Notes: generated from the letters alone by a model not told the origin. A stretch of 64,000 nt of DNA from Gemmatimonadota bacterium (GCA_046757885.1 JBHHZD010000009.1:1779-65778); one strand, 5' to 3'. Counted from the stretch's first letter, positions 9,125 to 17,679 are shown. Made by a program: numbers and translations.

Positions 9125-10021
9125 TTACGAGGCCGGGTCCGCGTCGGCGCCCAGCGCGGCCCGGCAGGCGCGGACGGCGGAATCCACGAACGCTCCGGCA
9201 CGCTCCGGCTGGTCCGTCGCGGCGGCCGACACGAGGTCGGGGCCGGTGAGCACGGCCCCGAACCAGCCTTCCAGATGCCAGCGGCCGCCTCCCGCGAGGG
9301 CGGACAGGGCCTCCACCCGCGAGGCCTCCGGTGCCGGCCACGCGTTCACGTACAGGTACGGCTCGAGGTACACCTCGTCGCCCAGGGACAGGCCCGCCCC
9401 CACGGAGCGTGCCTCCTCCGGATCCGACCCCGGGTCCAGGACGATGAGGGTCGCGATGTCCAGATGGTGTGGCCAGCACCGCACCGGCGTCGCGGCGGGG
9501 TTCAGCTTCCGAAGCGCGCCGAGCAGGGCATCCGCGTCCTCGATCCACGCCTCCAGCTCCTCGAGCGCTTCCGTGTCCGCCGAAGCGAACCTCTCGGGCA
9601 GGCCGTCGGCAGCCGGCAGATGCAGGTCGCGCCGACGAAGCGGGACGTCCCCGGCCGCCGGCACGCGATCGGCAAGCGACCCGCGGAGCCACGTCCAGAC
9701 CTCCTCGACGTCCCGACCGGAGAGAGGGAGCACGGCCGGCGGATCCTCTCCTTCTTCCGCGAGCACGAGCTCCAGACCCGCTGGACGAAGACCGGCCCGG
9801 ATGGCGGGACACGAGCGCGTCGGGGCGCCCATCAGGGCCCGTGCCCGCGGGTCCCACGCGAGGCTCACGTGCCCGTAGTCCGGCTCGGGCTCGGAGTGGG
9901 CCTCGCCGACGGATCCCGCCATGCCGGCCGCGACGTGAAGCTGGACCCGGGCCGCGCGCAGGCGGTCGAAGGAAAAGGCCCCGAGCTCCCGCCACGCCCG
10001 GACCGGCCCGAGACGGGTCAT
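9125..10021 (-). CDS. Hypothetical protein
   Basis: ATG at 10021 directly preceded by GGAGGTGGAGGA. 298 aa with protein-like composition. Lies 19 nt downstream of trpF on the same strand. Family not recognised. Confidence 0.55.
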   Translation of the reverse strand: MTRLGPVRAWRELGAFSFDRLRAARVQLHVAAGMAGSVGEAHSEPEPDYGHVSLAWDPRARALMGAPTRSCPAIRAGLRPAGLELVLAEEGEDPPAVLPLSGRDVEEVWTWLRGSLADRVPAAGDVPLRRRDLHLPAADGLPERFASADTEALEELEAWIEDADALLGALRKLNPAATPVRCWPHHLDIATLIVLDPGSDPEEARSVGAGLSLGDEVYLEPYLYVNAWPAPEASRVEALSALAGGGRWHLEGWFGAVLTGPDLVSAAATDQPERAGAFVDSAVRACRAALGADADPAS

Positions 10022-10040
10022 CCTCCACCTCCCATCGGGT

Positions 10041-10703
10041 TCAATCGGGATTCCCCGCCCGGGCGACGGCCCCGAAGAACGCGTCCAGAATCGTATCGTC
10101 CAGCTTCCCGCCCCGGCGGACGCCCGAGCACACATCGACGCCGTACGGGCGTACGGTGCGAATCGCGAGCTCCACGTTCGCCGGCGTGAGACCGCCCGCC
10201 AGGTAAACGGGAATGCCCACGGACTCCCGGATGTTCCGGCTCAGCCGCCAATCGTGCGTGCGGCCCGTGCCCCCGAGCTCCCTGACGGCTCCGTCCGGGT
10301 TCCCGGAGTCGAGGAGAAGCCGGTCCACGCGGGGGGCGAGAATCCTCGCCTCCTCGAGGGCCTCCGGGCCGCGGACGTGGATGACCTGCACGAGCCGGAC
10401 GCCCGTGAGCGCGGCTCGAAGCCGCGGGTACTCGCCGTCCGGAAGACGGTCACAGAGCTGGATCGTATTCACGCCGGTGCGGGCCTGTTGCCCCGCGATG
10501 GCTTCCGCGTCGGTCCGGCTCGTGAGCAGGAACGTCTCCACCGCCGGCGGTAGCGCGCGAACGATCTCCGCGATCCTCTCCTCCGGGATCACGCCCGGGC
10601 CGCTCGGCATCTCCGACACGAGGCCGATGGCCGAGGCCCCGCGGGCCAGGGCGGCCCGCGCCTCGGGCACGCTCCCGATGCAGCAGATCTTCACCCGCGG
10701 CAT
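10041..10703 (-). CDS. trpF: Phosphoribosylanthranilate isomerase
   Basis: ATG at 10703, 220 aa. MPRVKICCIG start, LDSG...GGTG and YLAGGLTPANV motifs are characteristic of TrpF. Confidence 0.85.
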   Translation of the reverse strand: MPRVKICCIGSVPEARAALARGASAIGLVSEMPSGPGVIPEERIAEIVRALPPAVETFLLTSRTDAEAIAGQQARTGVNTIQLCDRLPDGEYPRLRAALTGVRLVQVIHVRGPEALEEARILAPRVDRLLLDSGNPDGAVRELGGTGRTHDWRLSRNIRESVGIPVYLAGGLTPANVELAIRTVRPYGVDVCSGVRRGGKLDDTILDAFFGAVARAGNPD

Positions 10704-10717
10704 CGTCCGCCCCTGGG

Positions 10718-12358
10718 TCACGGCGTGCCGAAGCCCGCGTAGGGGACCCCCGACAGGAGGGCCATGTCCCGATCCCAGGTGCACAGATCCTCGGGGCCGA
10801 GATCGCCGAGCGACGAGCGCCCGCACGCCCGGACCAGGAGTTTCATGAGCTCGACCGTCGCCTCGAGATAGCGCGTGAGCCGACGCGCCGACTCCTCGAC
10901 GACGAGACGGGCCCTCAGGTCCTCTCGCTGCGTCGCGATCCCCACGGGACAGTTGTTCGTGTGGCACGCGCGCATCGCGAGGCAGCCGATGGCCTGCAGG
11001 GCCGCGTTGGAGATCGCGACCCCGTCGGCGCCGAGGGCCAGCGCCTTGAAGAAATCCGATTCCGTGCGAAGACCTCCCGTCACGAGCAACGTGACGCCGT
11101 CCGCTCCGCATCGATCCAGGTGGCGACGGGCTCGCGCGAGGGCCGGGATCGTGGGGATCGAGATGTTCGCCTTGAAGATCTCCGGGGCCGCTCCGGTCGC
11201 TCCGCCCCGGCCGTCCAGGATCACGTAATCGACCCCGACCTCGAGGGCGAAATCCAGATCGGCCTCGACGTGCTGGGCCGACATCTTCACGCCGATGGGG
11301 ATCCCCCCGGACGCCTCCCTGACCTCCTCGGCCACCTCGCGAAATTCCTCCGGCGTCGTCAGATCCGGGAAGCGGGCCGGACTGATCGCCGGCTCCCCCG
11401 CCACGAGCCCCCGAACCTCCGCGATCCTGCCGCTCACCTTCGAGCCCGGCAGGTGGCCGCCGGTTCCGGTCTTCGCTCCCTGACCCGCCTTGAAGTGGAA
11501 GGCCTGGCACGTGGCCGCCTTCTCCAGGCTCCAGCCGAAGCGCCCGGAGGCCAGCTCGTAGAGGTAGGCCGCGCTAGCCTCCTTCTCCTCGGGAAGCATG
11601 CCCCCTTCCCCGGAGCAGATGCCCGTGCCCGCGGCCGCCGCGCCGGTCGCGAGCGCCACCTTCGCCTCCTCGCTCAGGGCCCCGAAGCTCATATCGCTCA
11701 CGAGCAGCGGGATCGCGAGCTCGAGCGGGCGCGCGGCCGCGGGGCCGACGACGAGCTCCGTGTCCACGGGCTCGTCCTCCAGCAACGGCGGTCGGGCGAG
11801 CTGAGCGGTGAGAATCTGGATCGAGTCCCAGCGGGGCAGCTCGGTGAGCGGGACGCCCATCGCCGATACTTTCCCGTGGTGGCCCCAGCGCTCGAGGCCG
11901 TGCGCCGCGAGCTCCCGGATGTAGGCGACGTGCGGCTCCACGGGCGTCCCGTGGGGATCCGAGTACAGGCCCTGGTACTCGTCGCGGCGGTAGGGCTGCG
12001 GGTTCCTTGCGGCCCACGCTTCGATCTCCGCCTCGTCCACGAGCACCTCGTCGCGGACGGGGTCCACCCGCGCCCCGAATCTCGGGAGGGCTTCGTCGTT
12101 GTCGTACTCGCTGATGCCGGTGTCGAGCCGGTAGTCCCACGAGTGAAGGCCGCACACGAGGTTCCGTCCCTCCACGCGTCCGTCGGCCATGAGTGCGCCG
12201 CGATGCAGGCAGCGGCCGTAGAGAACCGACACCTCGTCGTCGTATCGGACGACGACGAGATCGACCCCGGCGACGAGGGCGTAGGCCGGCTTCCGGTCCC
12301 TCAGCTCGCTCCAGGTTGCGACCGCCACGGGGCGGCGCAGGCCGGGCTCGGTCCGCAT
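10718..12358 (-). CDS. Rieske [2Fe-2S] domain fused to a glutamate-synthase-like FMN domain (GltS-related protein)
   Basis: ATG at 12358 with GGAGGAAG upstream. Rieske ligands CLHRG...CGLHSWDY. C-terminal GGEGG, KAGQGAKTGTGGHLPG, DGRGGATGAAP and CHTNNCPVGIATQ are typical of GltB domain 2. Confidence 0.85.
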   Translation of the reverse strand: MRTEPGLRRPVAVATWSELRDRKPAYALVAGVDLVVVRYDDEVSVLYGRCLHRGALMADGRVEGRNLVCGLHSWDYRLDTGISEYDNDEALPRFGARVDPVRDEVLVDEAEIEAWAARNPQPYRRDEYQGLYSDPHGTPVEPHVAYIRELAAHGLERWGHHGKVSAMGVPLTELPRWDSIQILTAQLARPPLLEDEPVDTELVVGPAAARPLELAIPLLVSDMSFGALSEEAKVALATGAAAAGTGICSGEGGMLPEEKEASAAYLYELASGRFGWSLEKAATCQAFHFKAGQGAKTGTGGHLPGSKVSGRIAEVRGLVAGEPAISPARFPDLTTPEEFREVAEEVREASGGIPIGVKMSAQHVEADLDFALEVGVDYVILDGRGGATGAAPEIFKANISIPTIPALARARRHLDRCGADGVTLLVTGGLRTESDFFKALALGADGVAISNAALQAIGCLAMRACHTNNCPVGIATQREDLRARLVVEESARRLTRYLEATVELMKLLVRACGRSSLGDLGPEDLCTWDRDMALLSGVPYAGFGTP

Positions 12359-12561
12359 GGGCTTCCTCCGCTCGAGAGTCGATCCTTCGCCCGGACGTCG
12401 GTCCGGCCCCGGGCCGGGGAGACGGAACGGTCGCATCATCGCCCCCGGCAATGAATATTGCTCGACCTTGCGCCCGGCCAGTCGCGGCCCGGCGGCCGAG
12501 TCGGTGCCGGGGCGCCGCGCCGCTCGGCGGCGAGAGAACGCCAACGCACGTGAGGAGGACG

Positions 12562-13292
12562 ATGATGACGACGTGGGGAATCGCGGCGGCGGCCGCCCTG
12601 TCCGTCACGGGGGCGGACACGATCTCGACGGGCCGGGACCTGATCCAGGCCATGCACGACCGTTACGCGGACTCCTGGTACGAGACGGTCCGCTTCGAGC
12701 AGACGACGACGTTCTTCGGGGCGGACGGGTCCGTGGCGCGCTCCGAGACCTGGCAGGAGTTCCTTCACCTTCCCGGGCGACTGCGGGTCGAGCTTCCCGG
12801 GGGCCGCGGCCTCATCTTCCGCAACGATTCCATCTATCAGCTGCAGGACGGAGCCGTCGCGAACGCCGCTCCGCAGATCCACTCCCTTCTCGTCCTCGGC
12901 TTCGACATCTACCGCCAGGATCCCGAGGCGACGATCGCCCGCCTCGAGCAAGCCGGCTTCGACCTCGACCGTCTCCGCGCGGATCGGTGGAACGGGAGAC
13001 CCGTCTGGGTCGTCGGGCCGAGGAAGGGGACGAGCGGACGGCTCAGTTCTGGGTCGACCGGGAACGCCTCGTGTTCGTGCGGCAGCTCTCGGCGACCGGG
13101 GAGGGCGTCTCGGAGGTCCGGTTCGAAGAATACGAGCCGCTGGCGGGAGGCTGGATCTCGCCCCAGGTCCTCTTCCTGGTGAACGGGTCTCTCAGGCTCA
13201 GGGAGGAGTACAGCGAGATCCGGGCCGGCGACGAGCTCCCGGAGGCTCTCTTCGACCCGGCGGCCTGGGCGGAGGCCGACGGCGCTCCCTGA
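12562..13292 (+). pseudogene. LolA-like / lipoprotein-sorting-fold protein gene with a 1-nt frameshift near 13015-13020
   Basis: ATG at 12562 with GAGGAGGA upstream. Frame 1 reads ...RADRWNGRPVWVVG, then degenerates into Ser/Gly/Arg junk. The -1 frame continues with AEEGDERTAQFWVDRERLVFVRQL...EYEPLAGGWISPQVLF to the stop at 13292. The junction lies at the GGG run 13015-13017. Confidence 0.6.
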
Positions 13293-13301
13293 CCCGCGAC
13301 C

Positions 13302-13952
13302 TCAGGCCGGCGACGACTCGCGCGACCGGCGCCAGCTGAAGTACGAGTGAAGGGCGGGCACGCCGACGGCGAGGATCAACGCGCCCAACATGATCTTCCA
13401 GCGCAGATCTGCGGGCGCCGCGGCGGCACCGAGCAGGATGATGAGGCCGCCCGCCATGAACGTCCGTCCACCGAGGCGGTGCGTGCTCCGCCACACCTCG
13501 TCGCTGTCCAGCGTCCACGGCGTCCGGATGCCGATCCACCAGGTCGAGCGGAGGCGCGGGAGGACGTTGCCCACCATGAGGAAGAGCGCCCCGATGGCGA
13601 CGAAGATCCCTCGCTCCATGCCGATCGGCCACTCCAGCGCCGTCCCGTAGGAGAAGACCTGTAGCAGGGCGACGAAAACGACGAGAGAGTTCAGGAAGAT
13701 CCAGTACGTCTCCCGGAACTCCTCGTAGTGCTCGCCGCGCGGATCGATCCTCGGGATGACACGGAGAAGTCCCCACGCGGCGAAGGCGATGATGGGCAAG
13801 ATGAACGCGCCCGGCCAGCGGGCCATCCAGCCATCCGGCTCACCGGACATTCCCCAGTGCGTTGGGATGCGCGCGGGCAGAGACGGGAAGGTGACGACGG
13901 CGAAGACGAGCATGCCCACCAGGATCGCGGGGCCCAGCCACGGACGTTTCAC
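13302..13952 (-). CDS. SdpI/YhfL-family membrane protein (immunity/signal-transduction type)
   Basis: GTG at 13952 overlaps the sdpR-like stop (GTGA). 216 aa, multi-TM. IPTHWGMSGEPDGW (DUF1648-like N-terminus) and a C-terminal SdpI-like region (IGIRTPWTL.SDEVW...H). Confidence 0.75.
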   Translation of the reverse strand: MKRPWLGPAILVGMLVFAVVTFPSLPARIPTHWGMSGEPDGWMARWPGAFILPIIAFAAWGLLRVIPRIDPRGEHYEEFRETYWIFLNSLVVFVALLQVFSYGTALEWPIGMERGIFVAIGALFLMVGNVLPRLRSTWWIGIRTPWTLDSDEVWRSTHRLGGRTFMAGGLIILLGAAAAPADLRWKIMLGALILAVGVPALHSYFSWRRSRESSPA

Positions 13953-14224
13953 GGTTCCTCTCCGATTCGCAGGAAGTCCAGAAGTTCCTGCACCGTCTCC
14001 TGGAAGACGGTGCTGTTCAGGGAGTACACGATGTGCCTGCCGCTCCGGACCGAGGTCACGAGCCCGGCGTCGCGGAGCACGTTCAGGTGATGCGAGATCG
14101 ACGCGGCCGTAATCGGGAACATGTCGGCGATCTCTCCGGCCCGGAGATCCCGGGAACGAAGCGCCTTCAGGATTCCCCGGCGCGTCGGGTCGCCCAGGAC
14201 GCGCACCGTCCGATCCAGCCGCAC
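13949..14224 (-). CDS. ArsR/SmtB-family transcriptional regulator, SdpR-like autorepressor
   Basis: GTG at 14224 with GGGAGGAGGGGG upstream. 91 aa with winged-HTH (LGDPTRRGILKAL...AGEIADMF.ITAASISHHLNVLRDAGLV). No Cys, so not a BigR- or metal-thiolate-type sensor. Confidence 0.85.
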   Translation of the reverse strand: MRLDRTVRVLGDPTRRGILKALRSRDLRAGEIADMFPITAASISHHLNVLRDAGLVTSVRSGRHIVYSLNSTVFQETVQELLDFLRIGEEP

Positions 14225-14240
14225 GGCCCCCTCCTCCCAT

Positions 14241-14288
14241 ATATTTAGATTACTGTCTAATTATTGGAACTTCCCGGCGAGGCGTCAA
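14241..14288 (-). promoter_or_regulatory. Sigma70-type promoter plus palindromic operator for the sdpR-sdpI-like operon
   Basis: Minus strand reads TTGACG (14288-14283), 17 nt, AATAAT (14265-14260). The palindrome TTAGACAGTAATCTAA (14260-14245) overlaps the -10 and the expected start site. TCTAAATAT lies at 14249-14241. Confidence 0.5.
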
Positions 14289-14316
14289 GCGTCGGGGCGA
14301 GGAAGGCGGGGCCCCC

Positions 14317-15711
14317 TCAGGCTCTCTCGATGGGAAGGCCGGCTCGAATCCAGCCCGTGACCCCTGCCTCCACGTTCAGGACGCGCCGGACGCCCGCCCG
14401 AAGCAGGAGGCTGCCGGCGACCGTCGAGCGATAGCCTCCGGCGCACACGACCGCGAGCTCGGCCTCGTCCGCCGCGAGCTCGTCCAGCCTCGAGGGAAAC
14501 TCCTCGGCCATGATGTGGATGGCCCCGGGGATCCTGCCGCCGGCCCACTCCTCGTCCCCGCGGACGTCGAGCAGCCGGACGTCCCCTCCCCGCAGGCGCC
14601 CGGCGAGCGTCATCGGATCGATCGCGTCCAGCCGTCGCAGCTCGAGACCGGCCTCCTGCCAGGCCGCGATCCCGCCGTCCAGGTAGCCCTCCACGGCGTC
14701 GAGGCCGACACGGGCGAGCCACGCTCTCGCCTCCTTCACGGTCTCATCCCCATCCGCCACTAGAAGGAGGGGACGGTCGTACGGCAGGACCCACGATCCC
14801 CAGACGGCGAGATCCGGCCCGAGGCCGATGCCCAGCGAGCCGGGCACGTGACCACTCCCGAATCGCGTCGGCGCGCGCAGGTCCACGACGACAGCGCCCC
14901 GTCGCACACGATCGCGCAGGTCCCCCGGGGGGAGCGCCTCCGGCGCCGGCAGCGCACCGGTCGGGGCCGGGCCTTCGCTGTTCAGTCGTTTCATCCGGGC
15001 GTAGTAGGCCGGGCGCGGTGGCACGCCCGCCAGGAGACGCGCGACGAACGCGTCCTCCGAGAGACGCGGGTCGAGGTAGGGATTCGAGGCGCGCTCGGCG
15101 CCCAGCGTCGAGCTGGAAGCCGAGGCCATGCCGCCTCCACACATCGATCCGGCACCGTGCGCCGGGCAGATCGCGAGGCCGTCGGAAAGCCCGGTCAGCT
15201 TCTCGCGGACGCTGGCGAAGAGCCGCCGCGCGAGGCCCGGTGCGTGCTCATCCCCGAGGAGGTCGGGACGTCCCACCGAGCCGACGAAGAGAAAGTCACC
15301 CGAGAGGAGATGGCTCGCCGATCCGTTCTCTCGCACCAGGAAGGCCAGATGCTCCGGCGTATGCCCGGGCGTGTAAAGGACCTCCAGCTCCACGCCGCCG
15401 CAGGCCAGTCGCTCGCCGTCGCGGAGTTTCCCGTGGGGGAAGGCGACCTCGAAGATCTCGCCCTCGTCGTACGCCGACAGGTGCAAATCGGCTGCGCTGC
15501 GCTCGGCGAGCTCGCGAGCCCCCGAGGCGTAGTCGGCGTGGATGTGCGTTTCGAGCACGTGCGCGATCCGGAGACCCTGCGCCGCCGACCAGTCGAGGTA
15601 GCGATCGACCCAGCGCTCCGGATCCACGATCACCGCTTCACCCGCGGCCGGACAGCCGAGGCCGTAGGAGAAGTGTGCGAGCCCCGCCACATCGAAGCGT
15701 TCGAACAGCAT
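14317..15711 (-). CDS. MBL-fold hydrolase (persulfide-dioxygenase-like) fused to tandem rhodanese domains
   Basis: ATG at 15711 with AAGGAGG 7 nt upstream. THIHADYASG and TPGHTPEH metal motifs. First rhodanese-like domain lacks the Cys; the second has the active loop CAGGYRS. Confidence 0.85.
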   Translation of the reverse strand: MLFERFDVAGLAHFSYGLGCPAAGEAVIVDPERWVDRYLDWSAAQGLRIAHVLETHIHADYASGARELAERSAADLHLSAYDEGEIFEVAFPHGKLRDGERLACGGVELEVLYTPGHTPEHLAFLVRENGSASHLLSGDFLFVGSVGRPDLLGDEHAPGLARRLFASVREKLTGLSDGLAICPAHGAGSMCGGGMASASSSTLGAERASNPYLDPRLSEDAFVARLLAGVPPRPAYYARMKRLNSEGPAPTGALPAPEALPPGDLRDRVRRGAVVVDLRAPTRFGSGHVPGSLGIGLGPDLAVWGSWVLPYDRPLLLVADGDETVKEARAWLARVGLDAVEGYLDGGIAAWQEAGLELRRLDAIDPMTLAGRLRGGDVRLLDVRGDEEWAGGRIPGAIHIMAEEFPSRLDELAADEAELAVVCAGGYRSTVAGSLLLRAGVRRVLNVEAGVTGWIRAGLPIERA

Positions 15712-15859
15712 TCCACCCTCCTTCACGGCCCGGATCATGGGGTCCGGAGGCGCGGGGCCGTCCCCCGGGCTCCACCCCAAGGTAGAAAAGGCCCCGGAAT
15801 CGGTACAGGCGGGAGAGGAACGGACGCGAAGGCCGGGAAGAAGGGTGTCGGCGGGAGGA

Positions 15860-16084
15860 TCAGACGCGACGCACGAAGCGGTGAGGAATCTCGGTCTCCC
15901 CCCGGTAGAGGACGCGAGCCGGGCAGAAGTCCACGATCGTGTAGCCGCCGCAGCCGTCCCGATACGACGTCTCGACGCGCCAGCGGTGCGTGCCGTTCTC
16001 GCCCACGTCCACGATGACCGCTTCGTACGGCCGCTCGCAGTGCGGGCAGGTCTCGACGACGACGTCGAACTGGAGTCTTCCCAT
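15860..16084 (-). CDS. Small (74 aa) four-cysteine protein, function unknown
   Basis: ATG at 16084 with GGGAGG 5 nt upstream. High third-position GC. CPHC...GCGG...FCP pattern. Lies 148 nt upstream of the MBL-rhodanese gene on the same strand. Confidence 0.5.
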   Translation of the reverse strand: MGRLQFDVVVETCPHCERPYEAVIVDVGENGTHRWRVETSYRDGCGGYTIVDFCPARVLYRGETEIPHRFVRRV

Positions 16085-16402
16085 GCTCGCCTCCCGAACG
16101 CGGGCCCGTCGCGGAGCCCGCCACGGGCTCGCTCGTGCAAGGGACCGGCCAGCGCGCAAGCGTCTGCCGGTCGTTCTTGCATCGGACACCGCGCCAGACG
16201 CTTACAGCCCCCTTCCGCCGTTTTTCCACATCGCGGCCGGGCCGCGGGCCGCCGGCGGGGTGGGCGAGTTGCAACAGATGGGCTCGCCGGCCGGTCCATG
16301 CCGGCCGTCACGGTTGCCACGGCTGGCGACCGGAGACAGCTTGGGGAGAGTGGATGCCGACCCATCGGCGCCTGGCAACACCGAAAACGATCGAGGCGAA
16401 GC

Positions 16403-16900
16403 ATGTTGAGTCAGAAGCTACAGGACGCGTTCAACGAGCAGATCAACGAGGAGCTGTACTCCGCGTACCTCTACCTCTCGATGTCGGCCGTCTGCGCCGA
16501 CCGGAACCTGAACGGCTTCGCGAGCTGGATGCGACTCCAGGCTCAGGAGGAGGTCGCGCACGGGATGCGTCTGTTCGACTACCTGCTGGAGCGGGGTGGT
16601 CGCGTCGAGCTCCAGCAGGTCGGCCAGCCGCCGGTGGAGTTCGGATCGCCGCTCGAGATCATGGAGGGAGCGCTCGAGCATGAGAAGAAGGTGACGGGAC
16701 TCATCCACCGGCTGTACGAGGTGGCCGTCGAGGAAGGCGACTACTCCGCCCAGATCGAGATCCAGTGGTTCATCACGGAGCAGGTCGAGGAGGAGAACAG
16801 CATCGACGCGATCGTGCAGCGCATGAAGATGTTCGGATCCGATGGCGCGGCCCTCCTCATGGTCGACAGCCAGCTCGGAGGCCGGAGCTCCGCCGAATGA
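16403..16900 (+). CDS. ftnA: Non-haem ferritin
   Basis: ATG at 16403, 165 aa. LNEQINEELYSAYLYLSMS...LQAQEEVAHGMRLFDYL ferroxidase-centre pattern. Confidence 0.9.
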   Translation: MLSQKLQDAFNEQINEELYSAYLYLSMSAVCADRNLNGFASWMRLQAQEEVAHGMRLFDYLLERGGRVELQQVGQPPVEFGSPLEIMEGALEHEKKVTGLIHRLYEVAVEEGDYSAQIEIQWFITEQVEEENSIDAIVQRMKMFGSDGAALLMVDSQLGGRSSAE

Positions 16901-17367
16901 GGCGGGGTGCGATCTGCTGGCTCGCCGGGCTCGCGGTCGTCGCCTGCCGGGGCGAGCCGCCGGCGGACACGGCGGAGAGCCGGAGCGATCTGCCGGCGAT
17001 CGACCTCGCCTCCATGACGAAGACGTCGACCGGCCTCTACCACCGTGACGAGGCCGTGGGGACGGGAGAGCCGGCGCGACCCGGCGACCGGGTCACGGTC
17101 CACTACACGGGCTGGCTCACGGACGGGACGCGCTTCGACAGCAGCCGCGACGGGGGCGAGCCATTCACCTTCCCGCTCGGGGCGGGACGGGTCATCGCGG
17201 GCTGGGACCAGGGCGTGGCCGGAATGAGGACGGGCGGGCGCCGCACGCTGTACATCCCGCCCGAGCTGGGGTACGGCGAGCGAGGCGCCGGGGGCGTCAT
17301 CCCGCCCGGCGCGACGCTCGTGTTCGACGTGGAGGTCCTGGAGATCGGCGCCGACGCGGCGCCGTAG
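16897..17367 (+). CDS. FKBP-type peptidyl-prolyl isomerase, probable lipoprotein
   Basis: The ATG overlaps the ferritin stop (ATGA at 16897-16900). Lipobox-like LAVVAC. FKBP core YTGWLTDGTRFDSS...FPLGAGRVIAGWDQGVAGM...IPPELGYG. Confidence 0.9.
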   Translation: MRRGAICWLAGLAVVACRGEPPADTAESRSDLPAIDLASMTKTSTGLYHRDEAVGTGEPARPGDRVTVHYTGWLTDGTRFDSSRDGGEPFTFPLGAGRVIAGWDQGVAGMRTGGRRTLYIPPELGYGERGAGGVIPPGATLVFDVEVLEIGADAAP

Positions 17368-17382
17368 GAACCCGGATTCGAC

Positions 17383-17679
17383 TCAGCGGGCGGGCCGGAT
17401 GTCGGGCATCCTCGCGGTCGGACGAACGGCCGCGAGCGCGAGGGCCGCGGCGGCCGCTCCCCCGTACACGACGCTCACCGGCACCCAGGTGCCCCAGACG
17501 CCGAGCGCGTACCACGGGGACGCCGCCAGCGTGAGGGGAAAGAGGGCGGAGGCCAGGACGATGCCCCATGACCCGAACAGACGTCCCGCGATCTCCAGTC
17601 CGAGCGCGAAGCCGTAGGTCGCGGCCGCCAGCCACGTCGCGTAGGCGCCGGCCCGGATCGCCGTCGTCGGAACTCGCAT
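17383..17679 (-). CDS. Small hydrophobic membrane protein (98 aa)
   Basis: ATG at 17679 with AAAGGAG 8 nt upstream. Three predicted TM stretches. No recognisable family. Confidence 0.5.
   Translation of the reverse strand: MRVPTTAIRAGAYATWLAAATYGFALGLEIAGRLFGSWGIVLASALFPLTLAASPWYALGVWGTWVPVSVVYGGAAAAALALAAVRPTARMPDIRPAR

Noticed and set aside
7761-10028. 755-aa minus-strand ORF across aceA
   Set aside because: It is antisense to the unambiguous isocitrate lyase gene and has an Arg/Gly/Pro-rich junk-like composition. Only the separate 9125-10021 frame looks coding.
13009-13022. Programmed -1 ribosomal frameshift as an explanation for the split LolA-like gene
   Set aside because: There is no X XXY YYZ slippery heptamer (the sequence is GUC GUC GGG CCG A) and no obvious downstream pseudoknot. 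A 1-nt deletion or read error in a G run is the simpler explanation.
14330-14362. tRNA T-loop-like string GGCTCGAATCCAGCC
   Set aside because: It lies inside the 3' end of the MBL-rhodanese CDS. The flanking arms do not pair (GCCGG versus CCAGC), and no acceptor or anticodon arms can be drawn. I found no tRNA in the window.
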